From an uncultured Nitrospiraceae bacterium (GTDB lineage: Bacteria; Nitrospirota; Thermodesulfovibrionia; Thermodesulfovibrionales; Dissulfurispiraceae): 64,000 nt of DNA. Made by a program: the position numbers and the translations under genes. The notes under the pieces are model-generated. The model had not been told where the DNA came from. It saw only the letters and a program-made list of their open reading frames with translations, and did no database searches. Location of the stretch: assembly GCA_963727805.1 (NCBI GenBank), contig CAVSHF010000003.1, forward strand, positions 2,080,001 through 2,144,000, given 5' to 3'. This document shows positions 10,318 through 21,596 of the stretch, piece after piece (the first letter of the stretch is position 1; each line of letters opens with the position of its first letter).

Positions 10318-11102
10318 AGAGAATAGTCGTTGCCCTCGTCGCGATCCCTCTACTTTATTTTTACATAACCAAGTTGCCGCCGGTCTTTTTCCTCGTGTTA
10401 CTAGCCGCATTATCTGCGCTGGCGCAGCATGAATTTTATGCAATGTACCGGACAACAAAGATGATGTCGCTCCTCGGCACGATAGCGGGTATATCCTTGC
10501 TCGCCTCAGCCTATTTTGTCCCAGGGACCGCACCGGAGAGATTCCTGCCGATGCTCTTTATTCTTGTTTTCATATCTATTTCTTCGGCCAGACTATTCAC
10601 AACAAAAAACCCCTCATCCGCTTTAAAAGACATGGCGCCAGTAGTAATTGGCTTTTTTTATATCCCTTTGCTCCTACTTCCTCTTTGGTATCTGAGACTC
10701 GACGGCTATGAATGGATATTTCTCCTTTGCCTTTGTGTATGGAGCTCAGACACTTTTGCATATTACATCGGCAGCAAAATTGGGAAGAGAAAGCTTTATA
10801 AAGAGGTAAGCCCCAATAAAACCGTAGAAGGGGCCTTCGGTTCCGTCGCCGGCGGCATCATAGCTTCTTTACTTTTCGGGAGTTTCCTGATCAAAGAGGC
10901 TGGGGTACTCACTCTGTTGTTGATTGGCGCCGTCCTTGGTGCAGTAACAATCGTGGGAGACTTGGTGGAATCGATGTTCAAGAGGGATGCGAGGATCAAG
11001 GATTCGGGCACCCTGATCCCGGGTCATGGCGGAGTGCTCGACAGGATCGACAGCATTCTCTTTGCAGCACCAGCGCTTTATCTGCTGAGATTGATAATAT
11101 GA
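10308..11102 (+). CDS. cdsA: phosphatidate cytidylyltransferase
   Basis: SPNKTVEG, GDLVESMFKR, KDSG..IPGHGGVLDRIDS. Confidence 0.96.
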   Translation: MLLKRIVVALVAIPLLYFYITKLPPVFFLVLLAALSALAQHEFYAMYRTTKMMSLLGTIAGISLLASAYFVPGTAPERFLPMLFILVFISISSARLFTTKNPSSALKDMAPVVIGFFYIPLLLLPLWYLRLDGYEWIFLLCLCVWSSDTFAYYIGSKIGKRKLYKEVSPNKTVEGAFGSVAGGIIASLLFGSFLIKEAGVLTLLLIGAVLGAVTIVGDLVESMFKRDARIKDSGTLIPGHGGVLDRIDSILFAAPALYLLRLII

Positions 11103-12256
11103 AAAACATTGTCATACTCGGATCGACAGGCTCCATCGGCACGAGCGCTCTCAGCGTCATAGCGAAATTCCCGGACCTTTTTAGAGTTGTTGGCCTAGCC
11201 GCCGGGAAGAACACTGAACTATTGCGCAAACAGATCATTCAGTTCAAACCGAAACTCGTTGCGATGTCCGATAGCAACGCCTGCCGTGATCTTAAAGAAT
11301 CATTCGCGGGACATGGTGGGTCTCCGGAATTCCTCAGCGGCATTGAAGGAACCAGTGCCATCGCAGGCATGAAGGAGGCCGATACTGTGATCTCGGCTAT
11401 TGTCGGAGCTGCAGGCCTGCTTCCAACTCTGGCTGCAATCAAGGCAGGCAAGACTGTTGCGCTTGCGAATAAAGAAACACTGGTTATGGCAGGCGCTATC
11501 GTCACCTCGGAAGTGAGAAATTCCGGCGCGCAGCTATTTCCGGTCGACAGCGAGCACAGCGCCCTTTTCCAGTGCATGAATGGCTCTAAAAAACACTCGA
11601 TTAAAAGATTGATTCTCACTGCTTCGGGCGGTCCGTTTCTCGGCAAAAAAACTTGGGAACTCATGAAGATGTCCGCCTCCGACGCGCTGCGACATCCCAA
11701 CTGGCAGATGGGGAGAAAGATCTCCATCGATTCCGCCACGCTCATGAACAAAGGACTCGAGGTAATCGAGGCGAGTTATCTCTTCGATATTCCCATCGAC
11801 AGAATCGACGTCCTTATTCATCCGCAAAGTATCGTACATTCGATCGTCGAATTCGCCGACGGCAGTTGCCTTGCCCAGCTCTCAAAACCGGATATGAAAG
11901 GCCCCATAGCATATGCCCTCTCGTTTCCCGAAAGGCTGGATGAGGTCATGGAGCCTCTGGATTGGGTGAAGATCTCAGGTCTTACTTTCCAACAGCCTGA
12001 TACCGAGACGTTCCCCTGCCTCTCCCTCGCCTATGCCGCAGGGAACAGGGGGGGTACCATGCCTGCGGTCCTCAATGCAGCAAATGAAGTTGTTGTTCAC
12101 GCATTTCTCGACGGCCTTACCGGCTTCAATGACATACCTGTTATAATAAAAAAGACGATGGATGCCCATGAAGTGAAAGAGGTGCGCCAACTCGACGTTG
12201 TTCTTGAAGCCGACAGGTGGGCGCGAGGTAAAGCTTTGGAGGTTCTAAAAGGATGA
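11099..12256 (+). CDS. dxr: 1-deoxy-D-xylulose 5-phosphate reductoisomerase
   Basis: GSTGSIG, LANKE, PVDSEH, LTASGGPF, HPNWQMG, NKGLEVIEA. Confidence 0.97.
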   Translation: MKNIVILGSTGSIGTSALSVIAKFPDLFRVVGLAAGKNTELLRKQIIQFKPKLVAMSDSNACRDLKESFAGHGGSPEFLSGIEGTSAIAGMKEADTVISAIVGAAGLLPTLAAIKAGKTVALANKETLVMAGAIVTSEVRNSGAQLFPVDSEHSALFQCMNGSKKHSIKRLILTASGGPFLGKKTWELMKMSASDALRHPNWQMGRKISIDSATLMNKGLEVIEASYLFDIPIDRIDVLIHPQSIVHSIVEFADGSCLAQLSKPDMKGPIAYALSFPERLDEVMEPLDWVKISGLTFQQPDTETFPCLSLAYAAGNRGGTMPAVLNAANEVVVHAFLDGLTGFNDIPVIIKKTMDAHEVKEVRQLDVVLEADRWARGKALEVLKG

Positions 12257-13353
12257 ACATAGTATTGGCCGCACTGCTGTTCGGCATCCTTATATTCGTA
12301 CACGAGCTGGGGCACTTCATTTTCGCCAAGCTCTGTAACGTCAAGGTGCTCAAGTTTTCGCTGGGATTCGGTCCGCGGATAGTCGGGAAAAGGATAGGGG
12401 AAACGGAATATGTAGTCTCCGCCGTTCCGCTCGGCGGATATGTGAAGATGTACGGAGAAGATGTCGGAGATGAGGTCTCAGAGCAGGATAACGATCGCTC
12501 ATTCAAGAGCCAGGCCCTCTGGAAAAAAGCGGTAATCGTCCTTGCCGGCCCTGTCTTTAATATCCTTTTGACTTTTGGCCTTTATACCTCTCTTCTGGCA
12601 ACCGGTATTGAAGTGCCGGTCCCTGATCTCAAGAATCTCATGCCGGTTGTTGACGAGGTAGACCCTAGCTATCCTGCCGCCGCGGCGGGTCTCATCAAAG
12701 GGGACAAGATCATGCGGATCGGCGGTAGCGAGATCAATACCTGGATCGATATCATCAACATGGTAGGGACGAATCCGGCAAAACCGCTGGAGTTTGTTGT
12801 ACAGAGAGGAGATCAGCTTTATACGTTGACAATCACACCTCGGGCAATTCAGGAAAAAGACCGCTCCGGCCAGCCCATTACAATAGGTCGCATCGGGATC
12901 AGGAAAAGCGGGCAAGGACTCTACACTTTTATCAAGAGTGTCTCGATTTTCGATGTGCCGATGAAAGGAGCATTTGCAACGTACAAAATGGGGACAGTTA
13001 TTTTCGATTCGATCCGGATGACAATTAACGGGGAAATATCAGTCAGGAATCTCGGTGGTCCCATAAGTATTTTCACCGAATCGAGCAAGGCGGCTTCCGC
13101 CGGCTTCATCACGTACTTCCTATTCATGGCACTCGTCAGCGTTAACCTCGGTGTACTGAACCTGTTGCCCATCCCAGTTCTTGACGGTGGACATCTGCTC
13201 TTTATGGGGATAGAAGCGATAAAAGGAGGACCGGTGAGCGATACGGTCGTTGCAATCTCTCAGCGCATCGGGATTGCCCTGCTTCTTGCGCTGATGATAC
13301 TGGTCATGTATAACGATATCTTCAGGCTCATCGCTCAGAAGGCAGCGCCCTAA
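12253..13353 (+). CDS. rseP: RIP metalloprotease RseP
   Basis: HELGH, PDZ domain, NLLPIPVLDGG. Confidence 0.96.
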   Translation: MNIVLAALLFGILIFVHELGHFIFAKLCNVKVLKFSLGFGPRIVGKRIGETEYVVSAVPLGGYVKMYGEDVGDEVSEQDNDRSFKSQALWKKAVIVLAGPVFNILLTFGLYTSLLATGIEVPVPDLKNLMPVVDEVDPSYPAAAAGLIKGDKIMRIGGSEINTWIDIINMVGTNPAKPLEFVVQRGDQLYTLTITPRAIQEKDRSGQPITIGRIGIRKSGQGLYTFIKSVSIFDVPMKGAFATYKMGTVIFDSIRMTINGEISVRNLGGPISIFTESSKAASAGFITYFLFMALVSVNLGVLNLLPIPVLDGGHLLFMGIEAIKGGPVSDTVVAISQRIGIALLLALMILVMYNDIFRLIAQKAAP

Positions 13354-13793
13354 TGAAGCCGGCGGCCATCAGATATCTTCATTCAGCAGGTGGTATAATC
13401 TTCAGGAGGTCTGGTGATCTCGTTGATGTAGCCCTGATCGCCACAAAAAAAAAGACAGTCTGGACCCTACCGAAAGGAATTATCGACAAAAACGAAAGCC
13501 CCGAGATGGCAGCGGTGAGGGAAATACAGGAAGAAACAGGCCTTACAGGCGCTATCCTCGATCAGATAGGAGAAAAATCATACTGGTTTTATCTAAAGGA
13601 TGAAAACGCCAAGTGCAAAAAGACAGTGACCTATTTCCTTCTCGAGTATATTTCCGGAGATACATCTAACTTCAGTTGGGAGGTAGATGAAGCTCGGTGG
13701 TTCCCTATCGAAGAAGCTTCCGGATTGCTTGCATACAGGAGCGATAGAGAGGTTCTGTTTAAGGCCATCGAAAAAATCTCTCAGATCAAATAA
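13353..13793 (+). CDS. NUDIX hydrolase
   Basis: Nudix box G-x5-E-x5[10 protein letters not shown]. Confidence 0.92.
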   Translation: MKPAAIRYLHSAGGIIFRRSGDLVDVALIATKKKTVWTLPKGIIDKNESPEMAAVREIQEETGLTGAILDQIGEKSYWFYLKDENAKCKKTVTYFLLEYISGDTSNFSWEVDEARWFPIEEASGLLAYRSDREVLFKAIEKISQIK

Positions 13794-14275
13794 TGGGGAA
13801 AATACTTTTCCTGGATGCTTTAAAAAAAGAACTAGCCGCTCATAGAGCGCAGGGGAAGCGGACCGTCTTCACGAACGGCTGTTTCGATATCGTGCATGTC
13901 GGCCATGTCCGCTATCTCAGGGAAGCAAAGGCACTGGGCGATATCCTTGTTATCGGACTCAATTCCGATGCCTCTGTCGGAAGACTGAAACAGGGACGAC
14001 CTGTGAACCCCGAGGATCAGAGGGCCGAGGTCCTTGCGTCTCTTGCTATGGTCGATTACGTAACTATTTTCAGCGAAGACACGCCGTATGAATTAATTAA
14101 ATCACTGATGCCCGAGATCCTTGTAAAAGGCGGCGACTGGAGAAAGGAAGATATCGTAGGAGCCGATCTAGTTGCGGAAGTACACAGCCTGCCGTTCATT
14201 GCCGGTATTTCGACCACGAACATTATTAAGAGGATCCAGTCACTTCGCCCACAAAACTGTTCTAGCACTACCTAA
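13793..14275 (+). CDS. rfaE2: D-glycero-beta-D-manno-heptose 1-phosphate adenylyltransferase
   Basis: [31 protein letters not shown]. Confidence 0.93.
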   Translation: MGKILFLDALKKELAAHRAQGKRTVFTNGCFDIVHVGHVRYLREAKALGDILVIGLNSDASVGRLKQGRPVNPEDQRAEVLASLAMVDYVTIFSEDTPYELIKSLMPEILVKGGDWRKEDIVGADLVAEVHSLPFIAGISTTNIIKRIQSLRPQNCSSTT

Positions 14276-14455
14276 TGCGTTCATAGCATAAGCACTCGTT
14301 GCTCATTTTCGCTTTCATTGCATCTTCCGTGACAAAAAATATCGACAAACCGCAATTATGGATAAAAACCAAATACTTTTTCCGATTGAAAAAAAAACCA
14401 TTAAAGCGTAAGATTATATTAGAAAAAGTGATCGCTCTTATCGTGGAGGTGTCTT

Positions 14456-14980
14456 GTGGATGCACTGGTAACTAAGAAAATGGCGGGTGGGGGACCCTCC
14501 GCAGGAGGCATGTCCGAAATACTTCAATTGGTAACTTTCAGGCTCGGGAATGAGGAGTATGCGGTCGATATCCTCAAGGTCCAGGAGATAAATAGGATGA
14601 AGGAGATCACACGCGTCCCCAATACTCCCGCTTACGTGGAGGGCGTCATCAATCTACGAGGAAAAGTTATCCCCGTCATTAATCTCAGAAGTAAATTCAG
14701 TCTTACCGACAAAGACAATGACACACAGTCCAGGATAATGATCATGGATATACAGGGCATCACAATGGGACTCGTCGTCGATGCAGTATCGGAAGTCCTC
14801 AGGATTCCCGCCAATATCGTTGAGCCAACGCCTCCGATGGCGTCGAATATCAGCACCGAATTTATAAAGGGAATCGCTAAACTTGAAGACAGGCTTATCA
14901 TCCTCCTCGACATGGACATGCTCGTGGGGAAGGCCGAAGAGACAACATTGCTGGAATCTGCGACGAAAGGCATCGAGTAA
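14456..14980 (+). CDS. cheW: chemotaxis protein CheW
   Basis: QLVTFRLGNEEYAVDILKVQEI, GVINLRGKVIPV, GLVVDAVSEV; GGAGGT RBS. Confidence 0.94.
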   Translation: MDALVTKKMAGGGPSAGGMSEILQLVTFRLGNEEYAVDILKVQEINRMKEITRVPNTPAYVEGVINLRGKVIPVINLRSKFSLTDKDNDTQSRIMIMDIQGITMGLVVDAVSEVLRIPANIVEPTPPMASNISTEFIKGIAKLEDRLIILLDMDMLVGKAEETTLLESATKGIE

Positions 14981-14990
14981 GCTAAGTTGG

Positions 14991-15467
14991 TTAAAGCTTT
15001 GCAGGAATAAGCAGGCAGACCGCCTGAGCTGCCAATCCTTCTTCCCTTCCGATAAAACCCATGGTTTCGTTGGTCTTTGCCTTGATATTAATGATGCCGG
15101 AAGGAATTCCAGCATGCAAAAGCGCTTGTTTCATCCTATCAATATACACGGTCAACTTTGGCCTTTCGGTAATAATCACGGAGTCGATCCAGGCTACCGC
15201 ATATCCTTCCGCCAACGCCAGATCGATGATCTGCTTCAACATCAGTATACTCGATGCGTCCTTCCAGCGTTTATCGGAATCAGGGAAGTGCTTCCCGATG
15301 TCACCCTTTCCAAGGGCACCGATAACCGCATCGGTAATCGCATGGCAGAGAGCATCGCCATCTGAATGTCCCAGCAGTCCTTTATCAAAAGGGATCTCAA
15401 TACCACCGAGGATAAGCTTTCTTCCCTCGACAAACCGGTGTGAGTCATATCCTATGCCGATGCGCAT
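14991..15467 (-). CDS. ispF: MECDP synthase
   Basis: MRIGIGYDSH, GHSDGD, GDIGKHFPD, KAKTNE. Confidence 0.96.
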   Translation of the reverse strand: MRIGIGYDSHRFVEGRKLILGGIEIPFDKGLLGHSDGDALCHAITDAVIGALGKGDIGKHFPDSDKRWKDASSILMLKQIIDLALAEGYAVAWIDSVIITERPKLTVYIDRMKQALLHAGIPSGIINIKAKTNETMGFIGREEGLAAQAVCLLIPAKL

Positions 15468-15472
15468 GTCCC

Positions 15473-16201
15473 CTAACCTAACCCGGATTCCTGGATCCTG
15501 CTGAGCAGGGCTTCCGCTACATATATATCTTCGGCAGTCGTGATTTTAATGTTCCGGTACGAGCCTGCTACAATCTTGACCCGTCCGCCGCAGCGCTCAA
15601 CAAGAGAGGCATCGTCGGTGCCAACAAACCGATCATCCCGTGCCTTTTCATGTGCCTTCATAATTACCTTGAATGGAAATATCTGCGGTGTCTGAATAGC
15701 ATAAAGAACAGAACGGTCAAGAGTCCTACTGACAAACGCTCCTTCTACTTCCATGGTCCCGGTATCGTCAGTAGCTTCCTTTATCGTGTCCTTGACGGGA
15801 ACACCCGCCACAACGCCGTCACACCCCTCGATTTCCCGGACCGCATTGGCAATCATCTCACCGTCGGCAAAAGGACGGCCACCATCGTGGATAAGGACAA
15901 TCGCTTTATCGTCGGATATCGCACGGAGCCCGCAATAAACCGAGTCCTGCCGCTCCTTCCCTCCGGGCACTATCTGTTTTACTTTTCTTATGCCGTATTT
16001 TTCAGTCAGCTCGGCGGACATCATCAGGTCCTCCTCCTTTACTACCGGGATGATTTCGGTAATCTCCGGCACGGACTGTAGAAGTTCGAGAGACCAGATG
16101 AGAATGGGTTTCCCTGCAAGGAGATAGAAGAGCTTGTTCTTATCACGGCTAAATCGTTTGCCAATTCCTGCGGCAGCCAAAATGGCGATGACCTTCTTCA
16201 C
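15473..16201 (-). CDS. ispD: MEP cytidylyltransferase
   Basis: AAGIGKR, GGKERQDSV, IHDGGRP, QTPQ, TDDAS, NIKIT. Confidence 0.95.
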   Translation of the reverse strand: MKKVIAILAAAGIGKRFSRDKNKLFYLLAGKPILIWSLELLQSVPEITEIIPVVKEEDLMMSAELTEKYGIRKVKQIVPGGKERQDSVYCGLRAISDDKAIVLIHDGGRPFADGEMIANAVREIEGCDGVVAGVPVKDTIKEATDDTGTMEVEGAFVSRTLDRSVLYAIQTPQIFPFKVIMKAHEKARDDRFVGTDDASLVERCGGRVKIVAGSYRNIKITTAEDIYVAEALLSRIQESGLG

Positions 16202-16202
16202 C

Positions 16203-17192
16203 TTACTCCTCTTCTTTGATTCGCGCGAAGATCATTCTTCCCGCCGTCGTCTGGAGAACGCTCGTCACAGTCAAATCAATATTCTTACCGATCAGCTTGC
16301 GGGCGTTTTCGACCACAACCATGGTGCCGTCATCGAGATAGGCTACTCCCTGATTGTGTTCCTTGCCTTCTTTAGCAATAAAGAGATTGAGCGATTCACC
16401 GGGCAGCACCACGGGCTTGAGGATATTGGCGAGTTCGTTGATATTCAGAACTGATACTCCCTGCAGTTGCGCTACCTTGCTCAAATTGAAATCATTAGTA
16501 ATGATTTTCGCACTAAAAAGTCTTGCGAGAGCTATGAGCTTCGCGTCGACCTCTTTTATCTTTGAAAAGTCTTCTTCGACGATCCTCACCTTGATATTAG
16601 CAAGCTTCTGGATGCGATGAAGGATGTCGAGACCCCTTCTTCCTTTTGTCCTCCGAATGGGGTCGGGGGAATCGGCAATATACTGGAGTTCCTGAAGGAT
16701 AAACTGGGGTATGATAAAGGTGCCCTCGACAAACCCAATCTCGATGACATCTGCTATCCTGCCATCGATAATCACGCTCGTGTCGAGAATCTTCAGGTCT
16801 TCCTCAATTTCCTGGCCCTTGAAGAGACGCATAATGGCCGGAATCGTCATGTTCTTCCCCCTGCCGAGCCCGATGAGCAATCCACTGTACCCCAACACTG
16901 CGCTTAGGATGAAGGACGACAATACCCTGCTATCGTCGGTAAAGAGGAAGGTGAGAGGAAGGAGGAGCAGCTGGGCTGTCAGGATGCCGATTCCGAGGCC
17001 GACGAGACCGCCGAGTACTGAGCCGAAGGAGACATTGTTGAGCCTCGATTCAATGACGAGAAATACAGCCCCCAGAAAGAGCCCTGCCGCAGCCCCCTGA
17101 ACAGGGACATTTGTCTTCATCCCGTATAAGCAACCGGTGAGAACAAAGATGACAATAAATAGTGCCCGAACAAAGAATACCAATGATTTCAC
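16203..17192 (-). CDS. membrane PIN/TRAM domain protein (YacL-like)
   Basis: N-terminal TM helices, LDTSVIIDGRI, TNDFNL, GVAYLDDGTMVVVE, SVLQTTAGRMIF; usual position upstream of ispD. Confidence 0.92.
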   Translation of the reverse strand: MKSLVFFVRALFIVIFVLTGCLYGMKTNVPVQGAAAGLFLGAVFLVIESRLNNVSFGSVLGGLVGLGIGILTAQLLLLPLTFLFTDDSRVLSSFILSAVLGYSGLLIGLGRGKNMTIPAIMRLFKGQEIEEDLKILDTSVIIDGRIADVIEIGFVEGTFIIPQFILQELQYIADSPDPIRRTKGRRGLDILHRIQKLANIKVRIVEEDFSKIKEVDAKLIALARLFSAKIITNDFNLSKVAQLQGVSVLNINELANILKPVVLPGESLNLFIAKEGKEHNQGVAYLDDGTMVVVENARKLIGKNIDLTVTSVLQTTAGRMIFARIKEEE

Positions 17193-17270
17193 CTCTTAAA
17201 AATATGATGGGAAGAATGCTAAAAAAATAGATTTGTATTATTAATGAATTCATAATAACTATCCCTTTTT

Positions 17271-17330
17271 GTCAGTCCCGCTTGTCGCGAACCCTTAGTA
17301 AAGGAAAGATATTGGACAAACCGCAATGAC
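17271..17330. repeat. degenerate REP-like palindromic element
   Basis: GTCAGTCCCGCTTGTC...GACAAACCGCAATGAC, an imperfect 60-bp inverted repeat in intergenic DNA. Confidence 0.45.
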
Positions 17331-17435
17331 TGTCATCAAAACCACACCCTACCGTTTCTATTATATCAATATTACTGCAGTATTTTATGGGGAATATCAC
17401 TGCGATAAACAAGTTTTGTATATCATTGTGGCAAA

Positions 17436-18890
17436 TTATTGAAGCTCCAGGGCGGTATAGAACTTCCTTCCCCCTCGGTTCATGAAGAGTAGGACGTTTT
17501 CTCCCTGTTTTATCTTGGCAACGATTTTATTGAAATCATTGAGGTTCGAGATGCGCTGCCTGTTGATTTCATTGATTACATCGCCCCTTCTAAGGCCTGC
17601 CTCTTCGGCCGGTGCCCCCGACTCGATATTGACGATAACCACGCCTTTTTCCTCAGCCTCGACACCAAGCTGCTTTGCGACTGCCGAACTCAGGTCCATA
17701 ACGCGCACTCCAGCGAGGGCGTTTTCATATAAATCCCTCCCCTGCGAAGATCCTGCCTTCGCATCAACCCCCTCGGCAGGCAGCTCCACGACGGTCGCTG
17801 TTACCGTCATCTCCTTATCCCGCCGCAATATCTTGACCGGCACCTGAGAGCCCACTGTGCTCTGTGCGACCACATTCCTCAACAAGCCCACGTCCTGGAC
17901 TTTTTTCCCACTGTATTCAAGAATAATGTCTCCCCTCACAATACCCGCCCGCTGAGCAGGACCTCCTCGGGCAACGTCGCTTACAAGCACGCCTTCAGAA
18001 TATTTCAGACCAAATTGCTGAGCCAATTCAGGGGTGAGCTCCTGTATGGTTACGCCGAGCCATCCCCTCGTCACCTTTCCGGTCTTGATGAGCTGTTCCA
18101 TCACAATCTTTACCATATTACTCGGCACAGCAAAACCGATGCCCTGATAGCCTCCAGTCTTGGAGAAGATGGCAGTATTGATGCCGACCAGTTCTCCCTT
18201 GATATTCACTAAGGGGCCACCCGAATTACCTGGGTTGATGGCGGCATCGGTCTGAATGAAATCCTCGTAATCGGCGATGCCCACATCCGCCCTGCCCACG
18301 GCACTAACGATCCCCATAGTAACCGTATGGCTCAGCAGGAACGGATTCCCGATAGCAAGCACGAATTCGCCAACCTGTAATTTCTCGGCGTCCCCCCACG
18401 GAATGGTCGGGAGGTCACGCGCATCGATCTGTATAATCGCAATATCAGTCTTTGAGTCGGTCCCTATGATCCGTGCCTTAAAGCTCCGCTTGTCATACAG
18501 GGTGACCTTGATCTCGCTTGACTGTTCGATAACATGGTTATTTGTTACGATATATCCGTCGGACGAAACAATGACGCCCGAGCCGAGGCTCTGCTCTTTA
18601 AATTTCCGCGATTTCCCATCAGGGAAGGGGTAGAAATTGTCAAAAAATTCATCATAAGGAGCCTGCTGACGCTTCACAATTTTCGTGCTCGAGATGTTTA
18701 CAACAGCCGGCGATACGGCCTTGACGATCTCTGAAAAAGCCCTACTCGTTTCCTCGATATGGGCTGGTATGCGGGGCGCGAACGGCCGGTATATGGGACG
18801 TCCAACGGTGCTCAGGAGATAGTAAGTAATCCCTCCAAGCAGAAAACCAACGAGGAGAATAGCAGGAATCCAAAATAATTTTTTCTTCAT
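17436..18890 (-). CDS. DegP/DegQ serine protease with two PDZ domains
   Basis: GSGVI, TNNHV, QTDAAINPGNSGG, two PDZ domains, N-terminal anchor. Confidence 0.95.
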   Translation of the reverse strand: MKKKLFWIPAILLVGFLLGGITYYLLSTVGRPIYRPFAPRIPAHIEETSRAFSEIVKAVSPAVVNISSTKIVKRQQAPYDEFFDNFYPFPDGKSRKFKEQSLGSGVIVSSDGYIVTNNHVIEQSSEIKVTLYDKRSFKARIIGTDSKTDIAIIQIDARDLPTIPWGDAEKLQVGEFVLAIGNPFLLSHTVTMGIVSAVGRADVGIADYEDFIQTDAAINPGNSGGPLVNIKGELVGINTAIFSKTGGYQGIGFAVPSNMVKIVMEQLIKTGKVTRGWLGVTIQELTPELAQQFGLKYSEGVLVSDVARGGPAQRAGIVRGDIILEYSGKKVQDVGLLRNVVAQSTVGSQVPVKILRRDKEMTVTATVVELPAEGVDAKAGSSQGRDLYENALAGVRVMDLSSAVAKQLGVEAEEKGVVIVNIESGAPAEEAGLRRGDVINEINRQRISNLNDFNKIVAKIKQGENVLLFMNRGGRKFYTALELQ

Positions 18891-18894
18891 TGGT

Positions 18895-20841
18895 TTATTT
18901 TAGCACGAATTTTCTTATATCCCCAATCCTCAGGGTGATTTTGTTTGAATCAAGATATTCGAGGAGGGGAAGCGCGTATTTTCGCGTCGTCCCGAGCAGG
19001 TCCCTGAATTCTGCCACCGTCATCTCGGGCTTTTTCGCATAAAACCCCTTGAGCAGGGCGATCAGCCGGTCGTACTGCTCTTTTGCTATGTATGTGGCGT
19101 CATTGATTCTGACAAGAGCATCTTCCTGTGTCAGAAGCTTGAGCAAATCGCCAGCCTCTTTTTCGTTAATCGAGAAGGCCTGTGCCAGCTCGGTCTTAGA
19201 TGGGGACTGGAACCCGTCTTTGTTCAGTGCAGAAATGATCTTATCTTTCATTCCTTCGTCTGCCGTCGTAAGAGAGACCTTAAATTTCCTGAGCCTGACG
19301 ATATCCTTATCGAGCGCGATCTCCTCGATTCTGGGAAGGAGATCGAATATTTCGTCCCCACCGGTGCCTTCACTCTTTAATCGCGCCTTTAATTCCTCTT
19401 TCGGCATGCCGCTCTTCAGTGGGTTTTCGGAGTGGAATTGCTGCAAAAATGATTTCAGGATATCAACAAAAGTACCGAAACTCTCTTTATGGAAAAGCGT
19501 GTCATGGCTTCTTATGAGAATGCCTTTCCCAGCGAGCCTATCGATCGTCGATGCTACCTCGGGAAGATTTACATGGAACCAGCCCTCTATCTGCGAAATC
19601 TTGCAGCCCTGATACCTAAACCTCTTTACAAGGGCCCCAATCCTTTCCGAAATTGTCCCCTTTTCAAAAAGCTCAAGGTCATCGGTGCCTATCTTTTTCT
19701 TACGTCTGACCGGATGGGGGTCAAGTATCTCGCCGCCGCCGATGGTCTCGAGAGGAGAAAATCTTCTGATAATATAACGGTCGCCCGACAACACAACCAC
19801 GGGATTTTCGAGCCTGAACTGGCAATAACAAGATTCTCGGGCCTTCACCTCGTCGGTTCCATAAATGATTATGCGGGCAATTGTCTCCGCGGTCCCGGCA
19901 TAGAAATGTACCCTGCTCCTGCTCTTGACGGTGGGAGCATCCCTGAGCATTTCAAGCTTGGCATCGATCATATGTGTTGGAACGAACCTATCGGGAGCGA
20001 CCACTACATCACCCCTATTGAGGAGTTCGCGGTCGACGCCCTGGAGGTTAAGCCCTATTCTTTGGCCGGCATAAGCTTTGTCAACACCCCTGCCATGTGT
20101 CTGAAGTCCCCTTACCTTGCTTTTGATTCCTGAAGGGAGTATCTCAACTGGGCTGTCGAGGGTGATCGTTCCTGAAAGCGCAGTGCCGGTGACAACTGTG
20201 CCGAACCCCTTTAGAGTGAATACCCTGTCGATGGGGAGCCTGAAGATACCGTCGATAAGCTTCGGTTTTACGGTGACGGCGAGATCGCGTATTTTCTTTT
20301 TCAGGAGATCAAGATTAAGCCCACTTTTGCATGATGCGGGGATGATCTCAGCGCCTTCGAGAAAAGTGCCTTTCACAAAGTTTCGTGCATCTTCGGTCAC
20401 AAGCGCAAGCCAGTCATCGTCGACGAGATCGGCCTTTGTGATTACCACAATGCCAGCCTTAATCCTGAGAAGCTCGCATATGGCGAGATGCTCCCGGCTT
20501 TGCGGCATCACTCCTTCATCGGCAGCGATAACGAGAAGAACAATATCGATTCCGCCGGCGCCTGCAAGCATGTTTTTGATAAGGCGCTCATGGCCCGGCA
20601 CATCGACAATACCAACAATGAGATTGGCATCAGGGTATGAGAGATTGGCAAAGCCAAGATCGATAGTGATTCCACGCTCCTTTTCCTCTTTCAGACGGTC
20701 GGGGTCTACGCCGGTCAAGGCTTTGACAAGTGAGCTTTTCCCATGATCGATATGGCCTGCTGTCCCAAGAATGACGCTCTTCATTGAAGTACTGACGGCT
20801 GAAGCATTCTGGGGAGAGGAGCTAGTCTTCCCTGCACCCAT
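18895..20841 (-). CDS. selB: selenocysteine-specific elongation factor
   Basis: [27 protein letters not shown]-terminal winged helix [20 protein letters not shown]. Confidence 0.96.
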   Translation of the reverse strand: MGAGKTSSSPQNASAVSTSMKSVILGTAGHIDHGKSSLVKALTGVDPDRLKEEKERGITIDLGFANLSYPDANLIVGIVDVPGHERLIKNMLAGAGGIDIVLLVIAADEGVMPQSREHLAICELLRIKAGIVVITKADLVDDDWLALVTEDARNFVKGTFLEGAEIIPASCKSGLNLDLLKKKIRDLAVTVKPKLIDGIFRLPIDRVFTLKGFGTVVTGTALSGTITLDSPVEILPSGIKSKVRGLQTHGRGVDKAYAGQRIGLNLQGVDRELLNRGDVVVAPDRFVPTHMIDAKLEMLRDAPTVKSRSRVHFYAGTAETIARIIIYGTDEVKARESCYCQFRLENPVVVLSGDRYIIRRFSPLETIGGGEILDPHPVRRKKKIGTDDLELFEKGTISERIGALVKRFRYQGCKISQIEGWFHVNLPEVASTIDRLAGKGILIRSHDTLFHKESFGTFVDILKSFLQQFHSENPLKSGMPKEELKARLKSEGTGGDEIFDLLPRIEEIALDKDIVRLRKFKVSLTTADEGMKDKIISALNKDGFQSPSKTELAQAFSINEKEAGDLLKLLTQEDALVRINDATYIAKEQYDRLIALLKGFYAKKPEMTVAEFRDLLGTTRKYALPLLEYLDSNKITLRIGDIRKFVLK

Positions 20842-21482
20842 TATCCGCGTCCCGTTACAAAGGCATTGAACCCCTTAAGAATTTTTAGTCCAGTCTCCTG
20901 GCTTTTCTCCGGATGGAACTGGGTCGCAAAAACATTGTCCTTCCAGATCATCGAACAGAAATCGATACCGTACTCCGTCTTGGCTGCTACGATGCTTCCA
21001 TCAGTTGGCACTACATAAAACGAATGGACAAAATAGAAATACGAATTGTCCGGGATCTCTCCGAAGATGGGCGGTCTTCTCTCCAGCTTCGCGGTATTCC
21101 ATCCCATGTGAGGAATCTTCAATTTTCCCTCCTGAGATTCGGGGATTGAGTCGAAATTAAAACGCGTAACTTTCCCCGAGAAAAGGTCGAGGCCCCTGCA
21201 GGCGCCGAACTCTTCCGACTCCGTGAAGAGGAGTTGAAGCCCGAGACAGATGCCGAGAAAAGGCTTCCCCTTTCTTATCTCGGTTAAAATGACATCGATA
21301 AGGCTCAGCTTGTCGAGATTCGCCATACAGTCCCTGAAGGCGCCGACACCGGGGAGCACGATGCCTTGTGCATCGGCAATAATCTTCGGGTCAGCCGTTA
21401 TCCTCACATCAGCGCCAACTTTCAGGAATCCTTTCTCGACACTCCTGATATTTCCCATGCCGTAGTCTATGATAGCTATCAT
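20841..21482 (-). CDS. hisH: imidazole glycerol phosphate synthase glutaminase subunit
   Basis: IDYGMGN, LPGVGAF, GICLG, PHMGWN, YFVHS, QFHPEKS. Confidence 0.97.
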   Translation of the reverse strand: MIAIIDYGMGNIRSVEKGFLKVGADVRITADPKIIADAQGIVLPGVGAFRDCMANLDKLSLIDVILTEIRKGKPFLGICLGLQLLFTESEEFGACRGLDLFSGKVTRFNFDSIPESQEGKLKIPHMGWNTAKLERRPPIFGEIPDNSYFYFVHSFYVVPTDGSIVAAKTEYGIDFCSMIWKDNVFATQFHPEKSQETGLKILKGFNAFVTGRG

Positions 21483-21596
21483 GGATTCCATTTTAACACA
21501 GCAAAAAGAGTTTTACGAAATTAGCACTCTGCGCTACATGAGGAAGGGCAAAAATCCGCGTCACTGAGTACAATATGGGCTTCTAACCAAGCATCG

